Origin: Trichoplax sp. H2
Lineage: Eukaryota
Direction: 5' to 3'
Length of the DNA stretch: 64,000 nucleotides
NCBI GenBank assembly: GCA_003344405.1
Contig: NOWV01000140.1
Coordinates: 124,001-188,000, forward strand
Of this stretch, positions 25,301-40,300 are shown in pieces. The notes under the pieces were generated by a model that ran no database searches, had not been told where the DNA came from, and was given only the letters and a program-made list of their open reading frames with translations. Each line of letters opens with the position of its first letter. Positions within the stretch are counted from its first letter, which is position 1. The position numbers were made by a program, and so were the translations under genes.

Positions 25301-28300
25301 GATAGCATAAATAATAATAAAATTATTTAAAAATAATATAACAATCAACTAGCGTTTTTTCTTGAGTAATTCCTTACCACCGCTGATTTTGTTAATGGCA
25401 AGCATATACCAAAGTTTAATACATTTAGTTGAAGGAAAACAGATGAGGATCTCTCATTATCACCAAGATTTTTAGCTTTCGGTTGTACTTTCGGACTAAT
25501 CGTTCGAAACTGTTAAAGATTTAAAGATTAATTTATTTTCTACATAAAATGGAACATTCAAATTAGCTGTAGTTATACTATAATCACCTCGGAAGCCAAC
25601 GTGCGTCGTTGTTCCAGCCAATTTTCGTATACATTTTTATAGTTTATGTATAGCATTACGGCTATAAAGAATTTAAGTATTAATACGTATGCTTAATATA
25701 ACCACTTCAATAAGCTTTGAAATAAACCGAAATTTTTAAAGTATTTGCTGAGAAGCAGCATTAAATTGGTATCGAAATAACTATTCTACCTTTGTTAAAG
25801 GCAGCCGATTGTACATAGACCGACGGTCTGATGGCATTTACTAAAAACGTTTCCTTGTTTGCTGACTGTTGTAAAATGCTTTCCTGAAAAAATTAAGTAA
25901 AGCTGATTAAATGAAACGCAATATACGAAGACGTAAATTTTGAAGAATTGAAGCATTACATGGATTGCGTTTCGAATTTCAACTGAAGTATCGAAATACG
26001 CAAGTTCGAGCAAATCTTCCGTAGCTTTTAGATCAGTATTTATTGACATGTTATCCACCTATTAAATATAATGGTATCAACTCCGCGGCATTTTAAGACT
26101 TTAGGAATATAGTAGCATCTTTATTGCACTGTGTCTATTCATACCTTTGACAGCTGGCCTAAAGATAAGCGAATCTTCAATTGTAAAAAGCCATGCAATT
26201 TTCGCCATATTTGCTCTAAATTTAGGGAACATTAAAATTAACCAATTGCGAAGCAATCTAATCTCTTTATTTGGCCAAAGATACCATTCAATGCCGATAG
26301 TATTACATATATATATATATAAGGACAATCACACATTCATACCAATTGTACCATATGTTAATGCGAATGATACTTACTTTTTTTTCTATTTTCTATAAAC
26401 AAGAAGTTTGCTATTTCTCCTTCTATTTTTCCAGTATTCAGTCTGACGGCAAAAGCAGTTGAAGTTCTTGCGGTCAAGTTGATCTCCTTTGAAATTTGAG
26501 AGGAATAATTTATAACGGTTAAAGCTATGCAATGCATACAGTATATATATAATAAGGTTAATAATAGCAAGAATAATAATAAAAATAATAATAATAATAT
26601 AATAATAATTAATGGGGCTAATTTAACTATAACAAGCATCAAATAATTCATAGTAAGATTTAAATGCTGTAATCTGAAGGGAATCGTTTGCCAAAAATTT
26701 TTTAAAATACGGATATGATCGTAGTTATTAGAGTACCTCCATTTTAAGTTTCACTGAATATAGCAGTAGCTGATTGTCATCCCGTTTATCAGCTTTCGGG
26801 GTAGCTTTTGATGATCCAGTTGATATTAATTGATTATCAGAGTAAACCATACCCAACACTTTATTTATTTCCTAGAGAAGGTATCAATAGGTTGTTAAAT
26901 TCGCACATTTTTACATAGTAATTTGATAACTAATATCGTTTCATTTATACTACGGTTGTTTATGCGATTATAGCTATGAGTGTATAAGATGTAGCAATAC
27001 ATACAATTACCTCTAAAAATGATTTTTGGACAACTAGAAGATACGTCAAGATGTCAAGCATTAATATCTGCTTTACAGTACCAACTCTAACAACAATATC
27101 AAGTACTTCATTTTTCTTAGCCGGTAAATTAGAATTAATAACTTTCAATCCATATATGTTAATGGTTGGTAATTGAAAAGTAGTTGCAGTTGGCAAAACC
27201 AAATGCGATAAATGAATCGATTGCTCCTAGTATAAAGTTAATATATTTAATTCATTGATAGACTAAAAAGAAGTGGATCAAAAAAAATAGAGGAAAAATT
27301 TGCTAAACTAACTTTCGCCAAAAAGTTAAGACTATGATCCGCAAGTATCATTTTAAACCATTGCTCTTGGCCCCACATTCCTAAACATCTGATATTTTTC
27401 ATCTACGTATATAAGAGCGTAATATTTAATATGCCAGTTGAAAGAAAACTCGTTAATGTCAAAAACACAGATAAATTTCTACCTTATATTCCCCGCGTAA
27501 AGATGGCAGTAACGCAGCACCGAGCACAACATTACTAATATTAACCCTAAATTGCCAAGTTTCTATTGGCCATTCACTACTAACTTTGGCATTTCCTTTT
27601 TTAGAATAAGCTGATACAGCACTACGTTCAGTATTTAACTGTTGTGGCGTATCTGTGTGCTTCCTTTGACTTGTAGGTTTGAGGAGTGACCTTATATCGT
27701 TTGATCTAAAAATATCATGTAAATCATTATTAAAGAAGGCCAAGGATGTCAACATTAGGAAGTAATTATTGATCTTAGTTAAGATCAAACAAGAAAATTA
27801 TTGGCTGTAGTATATCAACTAATACGGAATCATTTTATGGTTAATACCTGCTTATTATATCATTCCTATTAGAGGAATAAAATTCTGACATGGTCTGCGT
27901 AATTGTACGAGTACTTCTTTCTACCACATGTTGCAAAGATGCCGGATGTTGTGGAATATCCAGTAACATAGCACCAATAAAAATTATTCCGGAATGTTTG
28001 TTACGATAGCGAGATTTAGAAACTTTACCAGTATGCGTGATGGACGACAAAAGAAATTTAGAAGCGTTGACATTGCAACAAACAATGATCCTATGATGTT
28101 CGTGTTCATAAAATTGAAATGAGATAAATCATTTAGTTTAACTTGATCGGGTTTCGTAACGTAGACTACCAAAAATGTTAAACATCATAGAATTCTTATA
28201 CTCTTGCTAATTTCGTAACTGATCAGATTTCAAGATATGAAACAAATTTCTATAGATACTATAAACAAAATTGGCGGCGATACTCTCGACTGTATCAATA

Positions 28301-31300
28301 ATTAGACATATTAAGCACAAAACGGTCAAGATATTGATAGACTCTTATTCTAAAGTAAAGTATTATCTTCTATTCGCATATTGTATTGGCTGATACCTCT
28401 CTTTAGCCTGTTTCTTTTCTAGTTCCAGAAGAAGTATTTCAGTATCTCCCACATTTCCGACAAATGAGGAATGGGTGGAATGCAATAGATCTTTATGGTA
28501 GAAATTTAAATAATTTAGTTTATTTTTAATAAATGGAATGATACGTATGCGATAATAATGGGATAGTGTTGTAATATATCTAGAAGACCATATTTTATTG
28601 TACCATTTCTTGTTTTTGGCTTCTTAACGACACCAATTACGACAGGTTGTTTCATTCGGTAAGTTGCAGAAAAATGACTTCTCGCGATTGTTGCTTTCAG
28701 ATGTAATCTTCCAACATTGGCAGTTACACTAATTTCCTGCACTTTAATAACGCAAATCACCGACATTGGATCAACACGTTCGACACCAGCAGCATGAAGC
28801 TGTCGTAAGTATTGAACAGCTGTAGTTTTTCTACGTTCTGGCATGTCCTCTGCAGCTTCACTAAATAACCGCAATCTTATACCGCGTCTTCGTATACTGG
28901 CTACATCAGGCGTTTCAGGTACTTTAGTGGATAAACTTGCTGCTCGAAGTCGTTGCTGAAATGTGCCAGCGCCTAATTTAGCCGCTACTTCAGCATCAGC
29001 AGTTCCTTCAGAAACCCCCATAGCGGAATAGCAATCCAATAATTTATACATGGTTAACCAAACGCGATTTGTGGCTATCCTTCGCAAATTTTCAACGTTT
29101 GTTGACACAATGCTTACACGTTGGTTTTTAAGCCTATCTCCCGGCAGCATTGGCGAGCTATCAACAAGATCATCCCATATTTCTTTCCTGTACTGTTGTA
29201 AAGGCTCAACCATATTTGTTAAATGATGAATAAGACGCAATAAAGACAGATTAAGATCATGTGTTATTCTTTTAGTTTCTAACTTTATTAGCCAGCGATT
29301 CTTTAAGTCCACTTTTTGTTTACCTATAGGATTGCCAGATGTAGACTTGTCAAATTTATTCGCCATACTTGTCTCATATAACGGATTTAAGGAAACTACC
29401 GGATCTTGATGCATAAAAAGGTCTAGAAGAAACTGTTCACAAACAAATACTGACGATACGTGATGTGTATTGTCAGTTGGCTCAGTAACGTTGTCACTAT
29501 CGTATGATGAAGACGTATTAACATCAAATACTGTATTAGAACTAACAACATAGACACTAAGCAATCCAAGTTCGCCAGATAATGATAAAGTACTACGATA
29601 CGGTTCATCTCTGCAATCGCCTGTATCAATTGCCATACAGCGTAATAGCGAGCGAAATACCACAGTGGCTTCCGTAAGTCGTATTCCAGTTGTTGGAAAG
29701 CTAATTTTTTCATTTATATCTTTCACAGATTGATCATCTTTTGATGCTTCAATATCAGTTTCTTCATTCGAAAACTTGTCGGCTTCAGTATGGTGATATT
29801 TTCCACTATCTAGAGATCCAAGAGAACTTAAATGTGCTAATTGGCCAGATTTTGATGGAATCCTTGAAATTATATCTTCAGCAGATGATCTTAAGTCTTC
29901 TGAAATACGATGTAAACTAGTAGAAGGTACTGTTTCAAGTGCAGGATTTAAAGGAGTAGCTTTCTCCATCTTTTGTCTTTCCATCGCTAAAGCGACAAAA
30001 TTAGCAAATTTATTGGCACCCACAGTAGCCTCGTTTCTGTCATGACTTTCATAATTAGTGGTAGGCCTGCTTGATTCAGCACCATCGTAAAGTGAAGTAG
30101 AACTAACAAAGCTCAATGAAACAGGTGGCATTCCCGAGGAATCAACAGTATCAGTTGCAGGCACTAAACCATATTTTTTACCGGTGGAGTCCAATACTTT
30201 TTTTCTACACGCTTCTGGGCGTCCAGGTCTCACCAGGATAGCTTTCCATTGGCGTACTAGCGCTAACAATCCACCACGGAGAGTATTTAAGCTAGGAACA
30301 TAATCTTCATTTAATGATGTAAGCATACGTTTACTATCAACATCAGGCATGAAATGAATTAGAATATACAATAACTGGCAACATTCATTATCTTGTAACC
30401 AATTTGAGCTTTCAGTTAGCTTTAATCCTGCATACTATAACAAAATCAAAGATAAGATCAATTTATGGCCAGTACAATAAAGTGATATTACAATACCTGC
30501 ATAATTAAACATGAACATACCCTTAGTGGTAAGTATCGTCCAGCTGTTTCTACACATTCTGTCATTAAATAGGCGAATACAGCTCGAATGCGACAGTTAT
30601 AACGTGACAATAATAACCTTATTGAACTTTCTGATATTGATGCTGTACTAATCCAGGCCGATGTAGCTGGAATGACAGTGGTAAGAAGATTAAACTGGTG
30701 TGACCAATGCAGATTTCGAGGTTGTGTTGGAGATGCAAAATTGAACCAGACATGATTAAGCTGCATTATACCATTTGCTTTGGATGTTAGAACAGTTTTA
30801 GATGCTTTATCACCGACAGTACCTACATTTTCAGCATCTGACAGATAATCACTGGACGAATAACTATCAAGATTTAAATTGAGTTCTTTATCGCTAGTAC
30901 CTATCACCTCACTAACTGACAGACCGAAAATTCGACCACCTTTCGCCGTAAAACCTTCTATACCAAATTCAACCATAATCCATCCATCTCTGTACTTGGT
31001 TATCTCACTGGTAATTTCTTCGGTATCTATATCAATACCTCGGTTGAAAGAAGAAACAAAATAAACCCTTGAATCATTTTCCGGTATCGCAATGATACTT
31101 TTAGAGCCGTTGATAATTGCTAAGTCATCTGATGTTCCCACTGGTAAACGACGAAGTTGACAGTGCAAACGGTTAGAGCTAAGCTCTGCAACTTGTTCCT
31201 CTAAAACAATAGAAGGACCTGATAGTGCTTTGGTCTGGTTGTTAACATCTTCATCTGCTTCATTTTTCAAAAAGTCATTATCATTTACGTTGTTTACATT

Positions 31301-34300
31301 AGAATCAACATTACGATTTCGAAGTATATGACTTATTTGTCCTTTCACTCTATCAAAGCTAAGAGCAAGCAGAGATGCACCAGAAGATCGAAGACTTTTT
31401 GCATGATTTTGATGCAAAGACTCCCTCGCGATAAGTTCTATAATTCAAAATCAAATCCAAAATATCTATGTTTAAGACCCTAGGCAATAATATCATGAAA
31501 ATATTAATGACGCCTGTATAAAGTTTATTGAATCTATTGCCTTACGGCAGTTGATTTAAGTTAATGCGAATGTACCTTCAGATAAAGCTATTTTTTCTGC
31601 TAAAAATGCTTGATAAAATGCAATGTCAATTCCTCTTATCGATACAAAGCATTTTAATTGTGTTGCTAATTTATGATCCAAATGTTTCTTTTTCATTAAT
31701 GTGTCATTAATACACTTCGAATGTGCTTTATTAAGCACACAACATGGGTGTAAGTTCTGCAACACCGGCACCAACGGTTTTGTATAACTAAGTCAAAGAT
31801 TCAGCCGTATTATTTGAAATGTAATCAATCAAGATATAATATACAACATGTTGCGTTAAAGAATTAAGTACAACTTTGATCACTTTCAATGCTTACCATT
31901 CAATGGCTTTCATTACAAATGGTGTGATAAAGATGGAAATAGGTTCAGGAATATCTAGTATGATTGTTGATCTGCTACATTCCGGTTCTAAGTCAGCTTC
32001 TAAGGCGTTTAACATATCGGAACTACTATTATCAGTTATCACCTGCGATTCCTATAGTCAAAGGATAAATTATTATATGTTTGTCAAGTAAAATTTGATG
32101 ATGACGTAGTCCCTTACCTTCGATTCTCGATGAAAGAGTAATGGTATATTAGCTGTACGATCGCCAACAGCTTTGAAGCTATAAGGCTCACCTAAGCCTA
32201 AATCTATGATCTCTTCACCATCAGTATTATCATCTGGTCTGTTACTACAGTTGCAGCTTACAACATAATAATGATAGATAGAAGAAAATGAATCTGTTAT
32301 ATGCCCATCATCTTGTTTTGAATTACTTTTGCTCCGTCGACGAGTTACTCCTTTTCTATCGAAAGATACTGAGTTTACTCCAAATACTACAGTATCTTCA
32401 TTTCCATCAATGTCATCTTCTATTGATTCTTCATGTATTATTTCTGCCTTGATCCTTTCATGTGTTACCGTTACATCTGCAACATCATCATTATCATCCA
32501 TTTGAGCTAGTGATTGTAATGACGAAAACGATGAGGGAGCAGTGCGGAAAGTATCGACAGTAGCAGCTGACAGCGATCTCGCGTGACGGAGAGTATTTAG
32601 ACTGTCAGTGTAATCGGCTAAACTTAATGAATCGGAGCCAGAGTCACATGATACGAATGATTCTCCGCGGTTTTTAAGATTAAATTGTTTGGAAAATGAC
32701 TGCTCAAAATCAGCAATAATAGATCGCCTATTGGAGAATAAATCTCCCGTATCCGATGTAAAACTAATCTGTTTGTTTAAAGGCCGAAAGGCTGAACTTT
32801 GTGAGTGTTGAGCTTGAGGTTTTTTTCTTTCAAAAGAGACAGAACGATTAACACTTCCATCTGCATTACTGTATCTACTACTTCCTTTTGATCTATTCAA
32901 AGTTTGATACTCATTAGATGCCCTTTTACTGCTACGTAAACTAACTTCGCCACTTTCCGTTTCTGTCTTTGCTGTTACCTCATCACCTGGTGAGGGTACA
33001 TTTTTCACTGATGAGCCACTTTCTAAGTCTGCTTTACCGTTATTAGTTGCGGCATCTTCATCTTCATGTACTATCGGATCGATATTAAATCGCAAAAAGT
33101 TACAATTTTTTATATTCTTATCAAAGAACACACAGCCACCTTGACATCCACAGACTTTAATCTTTGTTATGCTGGAATATGACTTGTGCCACAAAAAATA
33201 TAATCGCTTTGATTTCCTATCATGTCTTCTTAACCATTTCTCCTGATATGAATTTAGATAACTTTTCGCAATACTTATCGACATGTCAACATTGATAGGG
33301 CCAATGACTACGGTTGCAACTTCTAACCACCATTCATTTTTATCTCGATTTACTGCCTGGGCCACAGCACCATCCATCAATTCAGATCGTAAGTATTGTT
33401 TCAGAGTAATATTTTTAACCACAACACTTCTACCAGTGTTCATATGGGGGCTGTGCAAACTGCACTGGGACAAGCGTAAATGGCTAAGCTATAATGTAAG
33501 AAAGATAATAGCAAATGATTACATCAGCGTAACTATTGCAAAACTCACATGAACTGCAACTGCAAATACTACTAACGGTAATAGTTTCATACAAAATCTT
33601 AGCGTTCACCATTTACCTGTAGATCACAAATACAGCCAGTTTCTACGAGTTGCACTTGGATTCGATCAATACCTAAGCGTATCATATAATATCTTAATTC
33701 ATCTTCTCCAGGGCATTCGAAATCTGACCATTTGCTAGCGTTATCATTTTCGTTGTTATTATTATCTTTATCGCGTTCAATGCAACAAGCACTTTGTATG
33801 CGATCGTGCTGACATAACGATGGAACTGTCGACTGAAGATGATTCTCAGAGTTGCTAAGGAAATGTATGAAAATTTCGAAAAAGCTAACGACCGATATTG
33901 CCTGCAATAGTAAAAGATGCAGATAATAAAGTATTTTAATAAATAATAATCAATATTGTATATATTGTCACATGAAAATCTTCAGCACACATATACCTGA
34001 GGTGTAGTTAGTTTACCAGTGATGCTTTCTACCTTAGCCTCTAGCATGAATGCATATTCCGTTGTGGAACTACCTACCGGTCTTCCTTCACCAGAAAACA
34101 TGGCATGGACACGCAAATGAAAACCGTTTATACTCAAAAATCCGTTATTCATGTCTTTATAAAGCGAAGGTCGCTAAATTTGTATAGAACCGAATTTTTC
34201 GTATTAGCATCTCTAAAAATATGCTATTTTTTTAATTTTCAAGAATACAAGCACAAAAATAGTATCAAATTAAATATACCCTAATATTGTTGTAATATGT

Positions 34301-37300
34301 TGTTTACAGAACTACAGACCTGAACATTGTCCGTGACATTAATAATCATTGGCATTGATATTACTTGAATGCGGGTTTCCTTATATTCTTTTGAAATTTC
34401 GACTACAAGTTTACTGATAGTCACTTTAGGAATTTCAGACAAATCTTCACAATACTGCATTAAATTTGATAGCGAACATTATATGATATTACAATTCGTA
34501 CTTAGCGCATTTATACATATATTGCAACCAATCTAATTGATGATATGATTAGCGACTTTTTTTTAGACAAACAATAAGTAAAAAAACAGAATGTATGTAT
34601 TGCATTAGATTAACTTGGTCAGTTGCCAAAAATTGTATGTGGCTTTACCTGAACTAGATCAGCTTCAACATCGTAAATATTTACAGAGCATAAAACTGTA
34701 AAAGGCCGAGAACTGCTTTCAAATGTAAAATTTTCAATATCTTCATCTTCGACATTAAAATATGGATCAAATGGGAAAAATTTCTGATACTGCCCAAAAT
34801 AATTTCCCTGTTCAACAGAATAGAAAACAATGATATTTAGCAATGGTAGGTAGACATTGGTAACTGTATTACTACTGTATAGCTATTGTATCTACCATTT
34901 TATTAATTTTTTTAAGTATTATACTATCTTTTATGCTATCTACCTTAACATTTAACAAAAAGTGAATAAACGAGCCAAATAGTCTGAGCTTTGATCCAGT
35001 ACAATTTTCTGTTCCTGGTTTAATACCACCGATATCAAAAACTATTTTCATGATATTTGGACTTTTATTCATGAAAGATGATAATGGATCAACATTGACA
35101 TCCGGTTCATTTTCGCTCAATTCGTAGGCTACAAGATTACGAATAGTTAATAACATATCTTTATTAAACACTCGGAATAAATCGCACAAGACGAGTTACT
35201 TACGAAGCCAGTCAGGCTGAATAGGCTCCGGGTGATAAATATAAGAAACGTCAACAGCCAGTACGGGGATAAACCAGCAATCTATCCAGCCGTCAGATTT
35301 TGTCGCTATTCTACTCCAAATAGATTTACTTTGCATTTCTGTAATAATAAGGAATATTTAAAATAAATAACTTATACAACGGTGAAAATGATAAGAAATA
35401 CTTTAAAAGAATGAAATTAACCAACAGTGAAATAATAATAAAACATATTCGATAATGAAATAATTGTTAAAATTATAGAATACAAACCAAATGGAAATGC
35501 GTCAGAAATGGAGTCACGTGATTTCGTAGAATAAAGTTTTTCATAATTATAGGCCAAATTTATAAAGTTACGACGAGAAGTGTTACACTCAGGAATGTAA
35601 AGCCTGGCCACAGCATTATCGACCTATGCGAATTTTATCAAATATAAATATGTGTCAGTATTCATCTGATATCGACAATAATCGATGAATATAATAAAAT
35701 TTACATCTATTGGTAAATATATATATATATACCTGTACTGTAATTCCAATCTGTTGTCTTTCCGGGAGATATTCCGTGAACGGGAGATTCATTGATAAAT
35801 CCATCATTCGACCGCAAATAGCCAGCTCAGCTAGTATTTACGCATAATTTAACCGTATTAGAAGAGTACTACGTATCAATTATAGAATCACAGTTATTAT
35901 TATCAATTATTACAGATATGCATAGTTTAGATTTACCGTTTTCTGGAAATTGCGAAAAGCAATCAATCCAGTTATTCATGTTTGCAAGCCAAATCATTTC
36001 GAAGTCTTTTAAGCTTATATTGAGATTCATAGTATATGGTGAAAAGTCATATAAATCAGGGCATTTCTTTGACGAAAAGTCGCTGATAATATCTATCGGC
36101 GTGAAAGAAATTGAAGATATAAGTAAATTCAAATAAGTACTAAATAGATTATCACCATATAACATAGCATAACATTATGAAAATTATCAACCTTGAAAAA
36201 ATTTCTTATGGGCAAATATAAAATACCAAGTGATCTTATGAAAACCTAAATCGCACGTCCATTGTTGTTCATCATTCCACCATCTTGGAAAATGAAAATC
36301 GGTACTAAACTGCAAGATACAGAATATTCCAAGAATATTACCATGACATAAGATGGGATAATATTACTACGGTAAATAAGGGTATTCAGCTATGGCTTAC
36401 GTTGAAAATATCGCATTTTAAAAAATTCCTGTATTCCAAGCTAGTATAAACCTCTAAATTAAGAATTGTTCCTTTTGAAATTGTAGAATAGCCATTATCG
36501 GAACAAACTAATGGAATCGAAATAGAAGAACAGGATCCACGCGCAAAACAAAAGTAAACTGCGAATATTTCCTGATAATAAATAAAATAAATGATATAAA
36601 ATTATAATTCAACAATAACGTGCGTTGGGTTTATGAAATACTCACTTCATTCTTTGAGAACAAAACATCCATAGTGGCATCATCTCTGAAGAATAACCCT
36701 ATCTCAAATTGTCTAAACGTCCTGTCAAAATGTTTAAAATTTTATCAGACTCTAGCAATTACTACAATAAAAATTGAGCCTATTTTATCTAATTAGTTTA
36801 TAAGATAATTAACCTTATACTGCCTGGCTGATGTTCATTACTAACGGACACCTTTTGGTAATCTTTAGGATAAAAGAAATGTTGCAGCGCATCCCTAAAG
36901 CAAGTATGAAATATATCCATGTTACAGACATGCAAGATTTGCTCTATTTGCGATTTAGCATATGGTTTTTGTATCCTACTTTTGCCTATGAACCCACGGC
37001 CCATAACGTATAGAGGTATCTTTACCGAATTCGACATCAATACCCCACGCAGGATTACTCCTGTTAGATTCTTCACAACCGTCATATGGGACATAACCTA
37101 AATATTGCAGATATATTGCTATAAGTAAATCCTTACTGCTGTTAATGAAGTATGAGTCAAATGACCACAAAGTTTTATTCTACGATAATTGGTAGCTAAC
37201 GACGTACCAGCTTTATCTTGATAATATTTAACCCATATGTCTCGTGTATTGAGAATTTCAAAGCTATTTTCACCCATATTTCGCGGAGGCCTGCTCCATC

Positions 37301-40300
37301 AATAGGCGCGTATAGTTACCGTGATAAAATATACGTAAGGCATCAATACACAACACTACTTTATTATCAAAATTACTTTAGCTCATGTATAATGGTACTA
37401 CAAAATAAACTGACATCTCTAAATACTCCAAATATTCCGGACTTGGTGAAAACATAACTCTCACAGCTTTTAATTGGCCATTGCAGACATGAGTATATAA
37501 GTCAGAGTTTGATGCAGGCTATAAAAAAATTTGAAATTACAATTTATGGAGATTAAAAGGATAAAATTTTACCTAACTATTATGATCCAGTGTATAACAT
37601 ATGTTTCTATAATCACTTACCTCCGTTGTAAAATAGACACACGAAGCAGATTCAAATCTAGCATGTAGCGTATAGGGCATTAAATAATTTCCAAAACTAA
37701 TTCGTCCCTATCATAATTCCGGTTTGATTTCAAATGTTTATTAATGAAAATTCTTAAATTTAGCTCAAATTGAAGACGCTAAGTAAATAAACTTACAGCA
37801 GTGATATCGAATTTTATTGCAGGTATTAGATCACGCCAATTAAAGCTCTCTTTGGTACTTTCCAAATTACTACAATAATAGAAATACGTATATACAATAT
37901 TATCCTACTACACATGCATATATTAACAAAAATTAATGATGTCATTGTATTAATCCTAGTATAGTACTTTAAGCACGGTATTAATGCCATAATTATATGT
38001 GAATTAGTGAAATTTATGTAGTGATTGATTTATGTGAATGAGATTAATTATCAGTACAATTATTTGTTATAGCTTAAGTTACCTTTCAACTGAACTGTGG
38101 TGTGATAGAGTACTTGTTGTAGAGTCTTTATTGCCTGAAAGAGTGATATCACAACATCAGTTTAATATCCTATCTTGTGACATCCTAATCTTTGTGTATT
38201 AGTCGATATTCTTGATTTCATTCTATTTATATTATACTATACAACGAAATACAACCTGCGCCGGTTTCCAGATCATATTGTCTAGTAAACAATTTAAACA
38301 GTCTATCATATTCGCTGGATCTATTCAGAGATGATTAAAATAATATTGCATAATTAAGTCAATAAAAATTAGAAAAATGGACACTATGTTGCACTATTTT
38401 AGATCAACTACGTGTATTTCTATTTTCTAGCATTGCAGTGCATACAATTCAATCCAAATAGAATTGCATAAGCATAGGTACAGTAGACACAAAATCAAGT
38501 CGCGCAACCACGGTATGAAATTACGTATGATTATTTAATAACTGATAAAATCACTTGTAGATGTTTCTCAATTTGCTAGTTCATCCTCACAGTACGCGTA
38601 AAGGAATAAAACTAGTAGTCAGACTAGGGAAAGAGTTTCAAATTACCTGTTATAGACATGGAACTGAAAACCATTCAATACGACATAAATTCTCGATTGA
38701 GATAAGTCATGTTCTGTTAAAGGATACCAAATGACAAAAATAAGCCCTTGAAAAGCTTCAACTTCATCATAAACTAGTTGCATTAGCCTTATTTTACAGT
38801 TCAAGGTATAGCTTTATCAGAATCACTTATATAACGATTATATTTGTCATGCTGTATGATATTCATGTTTAGTTGATATTGACATGTCGTTTTATATTTG
38901 CAAAGAAGGATATGAAAAGAACACTTGCCGATAGCACGTATCCCATCAGTAAATTTGTATACTGTAAAACGTCCTAAGACTACTGTACAAGAAAAAAATT
39001 ACCATATTTCCTCTCTCTTCTCATTAAGCGAATAAAAGCCCACCATCTAAAAATTATGTATCCATCGACAATTCTAAAACAAGATCGAAAAGACAAAAAT
39101 AATATCGATCATTTATGCCATTAAATCTGTAATTTGGGTATACTGTACGTCAACAAGTCAATAGCATTGATAAATCACAACGATTGTTTTTACAATAGCA
39201 TCTTGATCGTGATTAGCACTCTCCTATTTAGCAGATGCATACTACTTTGTGATCATGGTAATGGTGGCTAGTTACTATACTATTACCTAATTGAATAGTC
39301 CTTGGTAACTAATCGAAAGGCTCGAAACATAATTTTTCCGGAAAGGAATGATACAGAGACAGAACCTGCAATGTAAAAATCAACAACATTTACTCAATAT
39401 CTTGTCAGTATTGAAAATATATCTATCGATTACAATTTCCAATCCTTTATTTTAATAGTTCAAAATTAAAATATTAGTCTAGTCGTAATGATTGCAGACG
39501 CTAGCAATGTGATGAGTTCGATCGGTACAATAGCTCTGTTCTATCAGTGAGTTGGTTCCATTGCTTGTCTACTGGATATCGATAATCACTATCGATATTA
39601 AACGTTATTGGATTATAGAATTTCAATTTGCGATGATCCATTTGAACAGTTGAAAATTAAAGCATAGGATGTTATGATATTGCAGATACCATCAAAGTCA
39701 CTGTTCTATTGGTTCAACTTTTTAATCTACTAGATATTGACGATCGGTGTCAATATTAAACGTAGTTGGATTTTAGGCTTTCAATTTATCATCATCTATT
39801 CGAATAGTTGAAAATTGAAGCGTAGATGTTATGATTGCAGACAGCATCAAAGTCACTGTTACATTGGTCAATTGGTTCACCTGTTTATCTAATTGAGAAT
39901 ATCCATTTATAAAGGTTTATGTTAAAGGTTGAAAATTGAAATAGAAGGGGCATGTTACCATTGCGGATGCAATCAACGTCATGAGCTTGATATCCCTACT
40001 GTACTTTACATAGACCAATTGATTCAACTGTTTATCTACTAGATATCGATGATCAATATCGAGATTCAATATTATTCGCATTGTGGATATCAATTTACGA
40101 TGATCTATTTTAACGCTTGATATAAAAGCATTGATGTTACCATTGCAGATACAAGCAGTGATGAGCTTGATATCCGTACTATTACGTATGTATAGACCAA
40201 TTTGGTTCAACTATTTATCTATCTACTAGACATCGATGATCAGTGTCGAGATTCAATATCGTTCGCATTGAGGATATCAAATTAGGATAATCTATTATAA

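Noticed and set aside
20341-37457. Plus-strand ORFs overlapping BLTP1
   Set aside because: Antisense shadows of coding exons with no independent motifs.
38712-38730. U12-type intron (GTATCCTTTAACAG on the minus strand)
   Set aside because: The motif sits at the 3' end of an intron whose donor is ordinary GTAATT, and it abuts the AG with no room for a branch-point spacer.
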